A DNA stretch of 64,000 nucleotides, taken from positions 186,001 to 250,000 of the forward strand of contig JALMLS010000138.1 of assembly GCA_038496445.1 (NCBI GenBank). The letters run 5' to 3'. The stretch's first letter is position 1. Each line of letters begins with the position of its first letter. A program made the translations under genes and the position numbers. Source of the DNA: Trichosphaerium sp. ATCC 40318 (taxonomy: Eukaryota; Protista; Tubulinea). Positions 37,856 through 49,163 of the stretch are shown in pieces. The notes under the pieces are model-generated. The model saw nothing but the letters and a program-made list of their open reading frames with translations, ran no database searches and had not been told where the DNA came from.

Positions 37856-38788
37856 ATGTTTCGCATTTGCCTTGTAAGAAACTTTGCCTTTTGTAAAAGT
37901 TCTAGAACGACCTTTAGTTATTGACTTTTCTTACAGTTCGCTATCTTCATTTGTGTCGCTCTTTCGAACCCAAATGACGGCTTCCAACTTACTTCAGCAG
38001 CGTTTGAGAATGGTGGAGTGATCCCAAAGACTTATGGTTGTCTCCATAGTAACCTAACTACGATAGAACCTTCCGTACGAAAAAAAGAGGTTTTCATTAG
38101 TTTTAATATCTTTGTAGCTACCACTTCAATGGGAAGAGCCAGCGCTTCAAGTATTTAGTTACGTGGTTCTCGTACATGATCCTGACGCTGTTCCAGTACG
38201 TTTGGGCTCTTTTTTCCGCAGATTTTGTATTTTCTTTCTGCTGCCATCGAATAATCACGTGACAACTCCTTTCGGTGGGTTTTTTGTTTTGTTTTGTTTT
38301 TTGGTCTATTTGTGTAACTTATCCTTGCGGTATTTATTGTGTGACGTCACTGTTGTTCTTTTTTTTTTTTTGACCTAGTCGTTAGGATTTAGGTGTTGAC
38401 GTTATTCATTGGCTTGTTGTAGATATCTCACCATTTGTAATGGGACTACCAGCAAATGCAAGTCAATACGATATGCCAAAAGGATCAATAGAACTAGAAA
38501 ACTCTCTTGGTATCAAAAGGTGAGTAACACTCAAACTTATTCAACCAACATTTTGTTTCCTTCTTTTCTTTTTTTGATCCTGACTTTTCTTGAAGGTACC
38601 AAGGTATGTGTCCTACATATCCAGATACACATAATTATCATGTTCAAGTCTACGCACGAAGCACAAAGTACACATCACTTGATGTAAGCAGTAGAGATTC
38701 TCGTATTGTTATCAAGCAATTAATGGGAGATGGGATGACAATTGCTACTTCTGCAGACCTTGTTGGTAGTTACCAGTCTACTCCTTAG
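37856..38788 (+). CDS. Secreted PEBP-family protein, YbhB/YbcL (prokaryotic) type
   Basis: Signal MFRICLFAIFICVALS; FQLTSAAFENGGVIPKTYGC, SLPLQW, VLVHDPDAVP, IHWLVVDI, YQGMCP..HNYHVQVYA. Confidence 0.85.
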
Positions 38789-39151
38789 ATCTTTATATAA
38801 AAAAGAAACAAATAAACTATTCACAAACAGTAGCCGAGTATAAAGAAAACAAACTTAAACGCTAACACTTGTTCGAAAAATCTCACAAATCTTGGGTGTA
38901 GCGTTTCTCACGTGACAAGTACGCGTGATACTACTTATTATTTCTACTTCGTTAAACCAAACGAAAGACAAGAGCCAAGGGTTCAGAACTGAACCAACCA
39001 TTAATGGTTAGGAAAAAACTTACACAAGTTTTTACAAAAGCTTTATGTTCTCATTTGCTTTTATTGAATTTTTTTTTGAATTCAAAAAGGAGTAATCAAA
39101 AGTAAAGAACTTACTTACTATGTACTATATTTTATACTTAAAAAAGTACGA

Positions 39152-40692
39152 TTACATTTGAATATAACTGTTTGGAGTTTCGTATGTCTGTGGTTTTCTT
39201 AGGACAAAGAAAGCGACAATAGCAATTATAGCTACAAGGAATAGACATCCGAATACAATACCAACAATACCTACAACTGGAATACCACCTGAACCGGAAT
39301 CTAAAACAAGAAAGTTAGGAATTTAAACTCAATACAATAGCACAAGACGGACAAAAAAGAAAGGATTTTTTTGGTTTTTTGGATTTTTTTTTGTTGGGTC
39401 ACGTGACTAAAAACTACTTGGTAATGTAATTACACAATTATTAAAAGCAACAAAATTACTAATTTTTTTATGATCTAGCAAACACCACTACATCGTTCAG
39501 GCTGCTACTGCCTATTTTGATGTTCGCGATGCAAAAAAAACCAAAAACCAAGACGTACTGTCATTTGATCTTGACTCCTCAGCTTGCTTGAAACTACCAC
39601 TTGCAGCGGACATTACTGAGTTACTCTCAGAGAAAACCTGGTAGATGAAAGTGTACTTTCCTTTACCATTCTTACATTTAGATGATACAAGCGTTACTTC
39701 ACCATCAGAGTATTTTTCTAACGAAGAAAAAAATAAATGACTTAATCCACGTGCTTGCGCCTATTTTGGCGAAAAAAGTGCTAACAAAGAAGTACGTACT
39801 CGCAACCTTAGCAAGAACCTTTTGAGCTGTAACACATTTTTTTCTGGTGATTTTTAGAAGCTCCTAAAAAACAAAGGTTAGAGCGTATTAGGTTGTATAC
39901 TTCACATACTGCTTGAGGGTATCCGCAATTGCCTGTTGTAGGTGCTACACCTGCTGTAGGAGCTAATGTCGTCCACCATCCAGTTGGTGCAACAGGTGGT
40001 GTAGGATATGCTGTTGGAGCTGGCGATGGTGTTGGGTAACCATGTGTAGGAGCTGATGTCGGCCACCATCCAGTTGGTGCAACAGGTGCTGTAGGATATG
40101 CTGTTGGAGCTGGCGATGGCGTTGGGTAACCATGTGTAGGAGATGTAGGTGCTACAGGAATTGATGCTGTTGGACCTGGCGATGGTGTTGGGTAACCATG
40201 TGTAGGAGCTGATGTCGGCCACCATCCAGTTGGTGCAACAGGTGCTGTAGGATATGCTGTTGGAGCTGGCGATGGCGTTGGGTAACCAGGAGCCAATGTA
40301 GGTGCACCTTGTGTTGAAGGATGACCAGGTGTAGGAGCCAACGTCGTCCACCACCAACTTGTAGGTGCTACAGATGACGATGTTGTAGGACCTGGGTAAC
40401 CAGGTGTAGGAGCATGTGTTGTAGGCATCGTTGTATAATGTGGATAAGGTGAATAGGTGCGGGGAGCGCTATTACCAGGAGCTTGTGTTGTATAATGTGG
40501 ATAAGGTGAATAGGTGCGAGGAGCGCTATTACCAGGAGCTTGTGTTGTAGGCATCATTGTATAATATGGATAAGGGGCTTGCGTTTTAGGTGCCGCAGGA
40601 CGCTCATTACCAGGTGCTTCTGTTGCAGGTACTCTTGTCTGGCAGTAACAGCTAGCTACAACCAATACGCATAGTAGTATTACTTTTTGCAT
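39152..40692 (-). CDS. Pro/Thr/Tyr/Trp-rich mucin-like type I membrane protein
   Basis: Signal peptide; repeats HGYPTPSPAPTAYPTAPVAPTGWWPTSAPT; small Cys-containing domain; TM VVGIVGIVFGCLFLVAIIAIVAFFVL; tail RKPQTYETPNSYIQM*. Confidence 0.82.
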
Positions 40693-41281
40693 CTTTCGTT
40701 GCGTTCCGTGTGCAAAAGGGAATAAACAGAATTAATTGGGCTTTTTTGGCCATTTAGTGAATAACAGCGTGCTGCTCCGTGTTCGTATTCTGTAATGTAA
40801 GTACAGCGCTTATGGTACACTATGCCTGGCGTTTTGCATGGTGGTGCAAATGGTAAGGATGCAAACCACTTGAGATGCCAGTATCGCTTGTAGTTGGAAG
40901 TACAAGTATAGTAGGGATTCGGATGCGTAAGTTCAGCCTTTTTAGGAACAACGTATTCACATTTGGGTATTTGTCCTTAATGTTAACCTTGAAACGGTAT
41001 TCCTTATACAACTAACGAATCTAGATAAATACGGGAACGGCTTCCAAAAAGGTAGAACGCGTTCTATTCGAAGTCTTTTTATGCCTTGAAGTTTCCATTG
41101 CGTAAGGGTCGTGGGGCTGTGACGCAGCTGTATTTATAAATGTTATTTTATCAAGCGTTTATTTTTTTTTGAAGTCGTTTTTTCGTTGACCATCGCACAG
41201 CTACTTGCGCTTGTACAAGTAAACTTTAATTTTTTTTTTCTCTTTTTTTTTTTTGTACTCTTTTTGACGTTTTTGGGCTTT

Positions 41282-44098
41282 CTAAGCGACATCAATTGTT
41301 TTACCCTTCAAAATTTTACCCCATCCGATCAAACTAAATAACAACAGTAAGAAAAAAGGATAAAAAAACAGTAAAAAGTTGATAAAGAGGTGACACTTGG
41401 TCAGAATTCATCAAAAACCAAAAAAAGTACAAAAAATCCTTTTTATTTTGCCACGTACCGCCAATGCTTATCTACTCTTCTGCTAAGAGCAATCTTCTCG
41501 CCTGCTTGTGTGCATACAGGTTGCAATAACGCCAATTTAGCCAAATCAGCCTGAGTTAAATGGTCAACATCTTCAAAATTAACAAAAACGCTACGCGCTA
41601 AAAAGAAAAAAAATAGAATCTCCGAAAAAGGGTATCTTACCTTTACTGCAATAACTCTACCTCCTGTTGATGTAGAACCGATGTTTACCATCAAAACTTC
41701 ACCACGTTGTAGTTTGGTAACCTTGTAGAGTGACGTAAGCAAAAAACCTCCAGATTACACAAGTACTAACCTTGTTCTGTTGTCCTTCGCTACGGACACC
41801 GAGTAAACGACGCAACAAGAAGAAATTGACCTCAATTTCGGTGAAAATATCAGGAAGAGATCCAACAGCGCCAATAACTTGACCAACCAATCTAGATTCA
41901 AGAAAATCAAAAAAAGTTGAAGAATAAAAGGGAAGTACTACTCAAACGGAAATTCGCAAAAATTTGATTTATCAATAATCGTCTTCACGAAAAAACCCCA
42001 CTACAAATCACGAGGATTTTTTTGTAGATTTGTAGATTGGAAATTAATAACGGTACCTATCAGCACGACACAGCGTTGGATCAATTTTAGTACCAACACC
42101 AATCAAACCACCAGGTACAGCATACATTAAGCTATTTCTCTCGGCAAACAAGGAAACGATAGTACTGAATATAGGCTTGCATGATACTGTATCATCTTCA
42201 CCTGTTGTAAAGATACCAGGTCGTACTTCAATCTTATCACCAACCTAGTAGAAAATGAGTAAAAACAAGCCTACTAATAACACAAAACTCTCGCAACGGT
42301 AAAAAACGAAAATGAAACTCAAGTTGTTTACATGTGCGCGTAAACTACGCGAAACTTACCTTCAATACACCAACCATGATACTTCCACCAGCGACACCTC
42401 CTTTGAGGTCTTTGACTTCTGATCCCTGTGCCAGCGGTTAGTTTGAAGTTTTAAGCGAAAACTTGTTTTTTTGCTTATAATTTAAATGGAAATGGCTACT
42501 CACAGGCTTGTTCACGTCAAAAGATCGGATAACGATTAGTTTTGGCGGAGCCAAGAAATCGCGCTTTGGAATTGGGATTTTCTTGCAAATGTACTCGAGT
42601 ACGACTTCTACATTGTACTGTAGTTGCGCTGATATTGGAATAATTGGTGATCCTTCAGCGATAGTGCCTGTATTATCGAGTTAGGTCCGAAATCAAAAGA
42701 AGTCAAAAAAAAAAAGAAGTTCGCCGCTTTTGCTTGTTTTTCTACTTGTGCCACTAAGCTTGCCTTTAATGAAACGCATAATTTGCTTGTATTGGTCTTG
42801 AGCATCTGTAGGTCGAATCAAATCGATTTTGTTCTGAAGAATGAGAATGTTCTTTAGTCTCATAATATCAATAGCAGCCAAATGCTCTGACGTTTGAGGT
42901 TGTGGGCAAGGTTCGTTACCTACATAGAAATTATTTAATGCACAATAAGGACCACACAACGCAATCGTTCATAGAGAGGAACACTGTTAAAAAAACGATT
43001 TTAAACTGAACTTTTGGTTACACTAAAAAACACTTTTAGTACGTACTTGCAATCAACAATAAAGCGGCGTCCATAACGGCAGCACCGTTCAACATAGTTG
43101 CCATAAGAATATCGTGTCCGGGACAATCTACAAATGACACATGTCTAACAGTAAACAAAGTAAGTGCAAATAACGTGGGTAGTGAAGGATCAAAAGTACA
43201 AAGTTACATTTCATTTAAAATTCAGTTGGGTGAGACAATTTCTTTTTCTTTTCGGCAATACGCGTTTTTCGTTATGTAATGGAGTGTTTTAAGGTAGTGA
43301 GAAAAAAACAAAAATAATACAACCAGGCGCAGTATTTTTTTTAAAAATGCGTCTAAACGCGGAATATTGACCGCCTTGCGCGGTTCTTTAAGTCTCTGGG
43401 TGCAAGCAGTTGCTTTAGGTCAAAAAAAAAGAGTTTTCGGTAAAATAGCGTTTTTCTGGTGGATAATCAAATAGCGCTCGTAGGTTTCCTCAATGGACTC
43501 CAGGTTAAATATCTAGACGTAATTCATACCTCATAAGTTGCATTTTTCCTGTACATCCTTCAGCGCGGCAAGGAGGCTCATCCTTCATTAAACTACCGTA
43601 TGAAGCGTAGCACTTTGGTCTAGGGCAAGTCTCATCTTGGCACTTGAAAACCTGTATTTATTGAGTACGATACTTGGGAGGTGGGTTTTTAGAACCTTGG
43701 CGTTAGCGTAACCAAGTTTAATGGTAATATTACGCTCCAGTTCATTCTTAAATTTGACTGTCTATAAAATGCGTTTAGAGGGCTGTACGGGTATATGTGG
43801 TGCCAAATCACGGAATTATGCGTTTTGGCCAAAATGCGACAATTACCTTTACGCCTGAGATTGCCTTCACTACAGTCGATTTACCGTGAGATACGTGACC
43901 AATTGTTCCTTATTTGCGTAAGAAACAATCAATAGCCTATAATATTGTACCAATATTAATAGTAGCCTGTCTAGAGATTACTTGTGGGCTTAGAGGGTTT
44001 AACTCTTCAATTTTGAGTCCCTCAAGGCTTTGTTCCTTTAAATGAGAGGTATCAGCAATATCTGCGCCAGAGAAGGATTGAACAGTTTCGTCTGTCAT
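41282..44098 (-). CDS. EIF2S3: Translation initiation factor eIF2 gamma subunit
   Basis: [82 protein letters not shown]. Confidence 0.97.
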
Positions 44099-44210
44099 GT
44101 TGATTTCTAAAACTGACGGACAAAGCTTGACTTCCGATGCAAAAAAAAACCAACAACCACTTCCAATGTTCACAGTATTGTAATCTTAAAAGTATGTATT
44201 TGTACTGGAT

Positions 44211-47200
44211 TCACATAAACGCTTGTCTATACGAACTCACAAGCATGTCTTGTCCGGTGATGATGAGCTGTCCTTCGAGGTTTGAAATGGAATCACCAAA
44301 AGCAAGTTTATACTCTCCTGCACGAATCCACTCGTCTCCTTTTTCATCAACAAGAGAAAAAGCACGTGGAGGTACTGAAAACCAAACCTGAATACGATTA
44401 GCAAGCACAGAATGTTTTCTGGATAATACAAAAAAAGCACATACCACCTGGCTTGATCCGGGTTGAAGAAGTCTAACGCGTTGGAAGTCAAACAGCTTTC
44501 TAATCGGTGCATCTGTATGGTTACTAGATACAAAACCAAGCACGCTCACATCAGAAGCAACCTGCCCAGTATTGCGAACGGTGACTTGATAAGGCACGTC
44601 TATTTGTCCGTTCATCACGTGTGCTTTAGCAAATTCGACTGAGGATGCTGTTATCTGGTTTGTAGATGATGTGTATTCGAAAGTAGTGTAGGATAAACCA
44701 TATCCGAACTCCCACAGAGGTGTTCCAGTATAATAACGATAAGTAATACCACCTAACGCGGTCAGATAATGCTACTTGTTAGATTGTTGTTTCACCTTTG
44801 TTTCTCATGTTCATGTTTTCTATATCACGTGTTATAAAATCAGCGGGATAGACCGTATTTGTGAGTCTTCCAGAAGGACTCACATCACCATAAAGAATAT
44901 CTGCAATAGCCTCACCTACACTAGAGTGAGTATGATAAAATAGTATGATAATGGAGTGAAGTTCTTACCGCCAAGTTCTCCAGGATAAAAAGCATCTACA
45001 ATCGCATCAACATTATCTTTGGTCCATTCTATTGCCAATGGTCCGCCATGAATTAGAACGACAATTGTTGGTGTCTAAACAAAGAAACTCAAAAACAACT
45101 GCTTCGTTTGTAAAAAAAAGTACCTTTGTTGCTTGAACAGCCTTTACCAAATCTTCTTGAACTCCAGGAAGGCGCAAGAAAGATCTGTCATGTGCCTCGC
45201 CTTCATACGAATCACCGCCTACCTTTTCTTCACCTTGTCCAGCATACAAACCGACAAAAACAATAGCATAGTCTGAACGTTTTGCTAGTGTTGCAGCGGC
45301 AGCTATACCTGATTTATTCTGGTTCCCCAAGTCACATCCTTGAGCGTATCCTGATATCTTCACACCTCGTCTTTTTAATGCCTGGTAAGGAGACCAACTA
45401 TTAACGAGTGTATTTGTTCCAAAGTAGTTTGAAAGCATTGATTGGGTTGCATTAAAATGAGGTCCTATGATTGCAATGGACTTATCCTTTTGGAGCGGGA
45501 GCACATTGTTTTTGTTCTTTAGCAATACTATGCTCTGAGTTGCTGCGTCTAGAGCCAGTTTTCTATGATCTGGAGAGTCTACAAGTTCAGGACCAAATGT
45601 TCTGTAAATGACGTTCTAAGAAGTGTAAGAATACAGAAAGTGTCAGTAAAAACTTCTTTTTTCTCTTCCTTTCAGTAACACTTACCTCGTCCATCTCTCC
45701 AAGCATGAATAGATGCTTCCAAGATCGTACAAAAGCAATATCAACATCTGATTCGTGTAAGACACCACTTTTGACTGCATCAGGTATAGTGGCCTCATAG
45801 AAAGGACCACAATTCATATCACATCCGCCTGTTAATGCAACACGTGCTTTTTCGTACACAGAACCGTTGTAGTGAAGCTTGATGTATTCACTAAATGCTC
45901 CATCTTCAATACCAATAGCATGGCAGTCGCTCGTTATGAATCCGTCAAATTGCCATTGTTCTCTAGCAACACCATTCATAAACGCGTCATTTCCACATCC
46001 AGGTATGCCGTTGACCGCGTTGTACGCACACATGATTGAATGAACATGTGCGTCCTCTACAGCTGCTCTGAAAGCAGGCCAGTAGTATTCTACTTGATCT
46101 TGCATGGTAACAATAGCATTAAAGTTCTTTCGAGTGACCTAAAAACTGTCAAACTAGTATCGGTATTCTATAGATTCACTGTACCTCTCCATTTCCTTCA
46201 ACGTCGTAGTCGGCATAGTGTTTTGCTGTCGACACAACCTTTATATATTTAGTGTCTACACCTTCTTGCATTCCTCTTGAGTAGTGTGAAACGTATTCGG
46301 AAGTTAGGAAAGGATCTTCGCCAGGCACTTCTTGTCCTAAAAAACCCCAATTAACACAACTTCAGAAAAAACAACACTTACCTCTACCCCACCTTGGGTC
46401 TCTAAACAAGTTTACATTAGGCGCCCAGAATACCAATCCCCCAATATCTTGGTTTCTAAGAGCTCTAGCCTCTGTAGATATCGCACTACCTACAGATCGC
46501 CACAATCTAAAAAAAAACTGTTAACAACAAACGCTCACAGTTTTGTTTAGCAATTACGTTCTATTAAAGGAAGCGCCCATTAAAAGAGCATGTGGAAACG
46601 ATGTAGGACATCCGGTGTTACCATTTACTGCCTTACCACATCTTGTTTTAACGCCATGAAGAGCTTCAGAAAAGGGTAACCTTCGAACCTTTTTTGGATT
46701 ATTTTAGTCTTTACTGATATGCTATTATGCAAAACCCTTACTGCTAGTCTTGGTATGCCCTGGTTAGTGTTTGCCAATGACGACGCTTTCTCTTCAATTG
46801 AAAGCCTAGAGACCAAGTCTTTCGCTCTTGTTACTGCATCTAGCTTACTGTTACAGTAAGGGTAGCCGCTTAAAGGTGGCTTGCTACAAGATACGTTCAA
46901 CTCAGTTCCAAAATCAAGACATAGATTTGGGTCCACTAATGAAACGAATTGTTTGGTGCTTTTGTTAAACTTCCAGCGCTGTAGTTTACTAAAAGATATT
47001 ACTAACACGTCACGTGAATGATCATGTGAATACTACCTTGACTTTTCGCATTTATCTAACCGAACAACAGCACCGTGGTATGGTGCCATTGAAGTTAAAC
47101 AGAGTGTATTGTCCTCTTTAACTGTGATTGTTGTTTCGCTGTCTAGCGCCACGCTCCATTTTTTATTATCGCAATATCGCTTACTTTCGCCCACGTGCGA

Positions 47201-47567
47201 TATACAGCCGTTACAACCAATGCACTGCGAATTTGTTTGCCCCTAAAGCGATGTAAATAGTATAAAGTAGTAAACTACTGTGGTACTTCAAGATAAAGGG
47301 TTTTATCACTGAGAGCCCATTTCTGGAGTTGGTTTTGTGGTTGACACGTGAAGAGCTGCAAATTTGCTGTTGTAGGTATACTGGCGCAAAAAGGCAATAT
47401 AAAAAGAAGCAATAAACACCCACGCTACGAAAAAAATAAGGTCATTCAAACGCGAAAGTTGTTCTTGCCATTATTGAGACAACTTTTGTGTTAAGAGAAA
47501 ACTAAGCGAGTTGTGGCTTATTCTAATTCACATATTGTCTAAATAAGTTGTGAAAACAGACTGTCAT
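44211..47567 (-). CDS. Glycoside hydrolase family 3 beta-xylosidase-like enzyme with N-terminal ricin-B lectin domain and C-terminal Fn3 (start exon inferred)
   Basis: Ricin QxW motifs ([16 protein letters not shown]); [51 protein letters not shown] (nucleophile Asp), [20 protein letters not shown]. Confidence 0.93.
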
Positions 47568-47936
47568 GACAAACTGCTAAGTTGACACAATCATGGAAAC
47601 ACAAGAACACACGTCATTTATTTGCTATTGTTTCGTACCACAAGGACGGCTGCTATATCTCCCTTGAAGGCGGCTATTTCACCTGCAACCAACTTATCTT
47701 ATTTTTGTGGTTCATAGTCAATTCCACGTTTTTACTTTTTTTGCAAATCCAGATTGCACTAGCACGTGTAACACCTAATTTTGGGTCTGGGTTGGACTAC
47801 TCAATTCGTAAAGGTCTTGGTGCCAGTGTAAAAACGTTAAAGGCTTTCAGAGAAAGTAATTTCCAACGGTGACATAAGTGTCGTATTTTACAAGAGTGAT
47901 ATCAACCAATACAACATTCAAAAAAACACTTGCACA

Positions 47937-48658
47937 ATGGAAGTAGTACAATTATCGCAACTGTTGCCGAATGAAGTTGACAGAAAACGAAAGGCTTTTG
48001 CTATTGTACTGAAGGGTTTCTTAACGCGTGGAGAGACAGAAGCAATAATAAAAGAGATAAATAGTGGTGGTTTTACAAATCAGTTAGAACAAAACAAAGC
48101 GCTCCGAAATGGTGAGAGGCATATGTTCGACGATAAGAAACTATCTACAAAGCTGTACAAACGAATTAAAAAATACACGCCTAAAACATGGAATCCAAAC
48201 GATTGTGCTCACGGAAACATTAACACGCAATTGTGTAAGCTTCAGGCAAGAGAAAAAATGGTTTTAAAGTCAGTGGCCTAAACGAGCGCTTTCGTTGCTT
48301 AAAATACACAAAAGGTAAATATTTCAATACGCACATAGACGGGTACTTCATTAGGCCAGACGAGAATGGCATAGAAAACTTAGTATGCGAACGCGGCGTA
48401 TTAACCGTCCAGATGTACCTAAACGTACAAGATTATATAGGAGGCACAACGCGATTCGTGCATAACCGATGCTCAAGTTATTTATCCAATGGATACTGCT
48501 CAGGAATCAAATGCGAAAACGGACTTTGTCTTGACCCACCTGTTGAAAGTGGTGATGCTATTATATTCCAACATGATTTACTACATCAAGGGTCCGTTAT
48601 AGAGGAAGGAACAAAGTACACTTGCAGAAGTGAGGTTATGTATAAAGCTCAAGTCTGA
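47937..48658 (+). CDS. 2OG-Fe(II) oxygenase, prolyl 4-hydroxylase-like family
   Basis: GLNERFRCLKY, HID (HxD), TVQMYLN, GGTTRF, FQHDLLHQG, KYTCRSEVMY. The frame change near 48235-48275 needs a 35-nt intron or an indel. Confidence 0.85.
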
Positions 48659-49163
48659 ACAAAAAACTCTTTATCAGGTGACTTAATTAGATCAGGAAAT
48701 TGTTTCGTATCTCAACAAAGCTGGTTCGGAAATAAACATTACTATGTACAAACTGTTTGGGTCATTGGTTTTTTTTAAAGAGCAAGTATTGTCAATAACA
48801 ATAACGCTAAAGCACTCAATATCATCCTTTGTATACAATGTGGACATTGTCTTAGATCTGAAACTAATGGTGTGCGTGGTGGAGGTGACAATTGCCTATT
48901 ACTTGCGTGTTTTACCTGAAATGCTATTGTTAGCGTAAATCTAGTTTGTTACCGATGCAGGTACCTACCACACCAAAGCTATCCTATTGGTGTATCCTTA
49001 TGGAGTACTTTGTGGGGAAAGAAAAGATTGGAAGTACAAAGAATGTATTGAAAATTGAAAAAAAATATGTGCTTTAGGAGCAGTGATGGTCATTTTTATT
49101 TTAAAGTACACGTGATATTTGGAACAAAAGAACATAACTATCTTGTTTTATCCAGTTACCACC

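Noticed and set aside
47400-47445. In-frame TAG after ATG at the GH3 5' end (readthrough?)
   Set aside because: The TAG fits an intron acceptor (tttttcgtag), and an upstream exon from about 47567 supplies a phase-0 donor and a plausible signal peptide.
44211-48658. Prolyl hydroxylase plus GH3 plus Pro-rich proteins as a hydroxyproline-glycoprotein cluster
   Set aside because: The oxygenase has no signal peptide, and only proximity supports a link.
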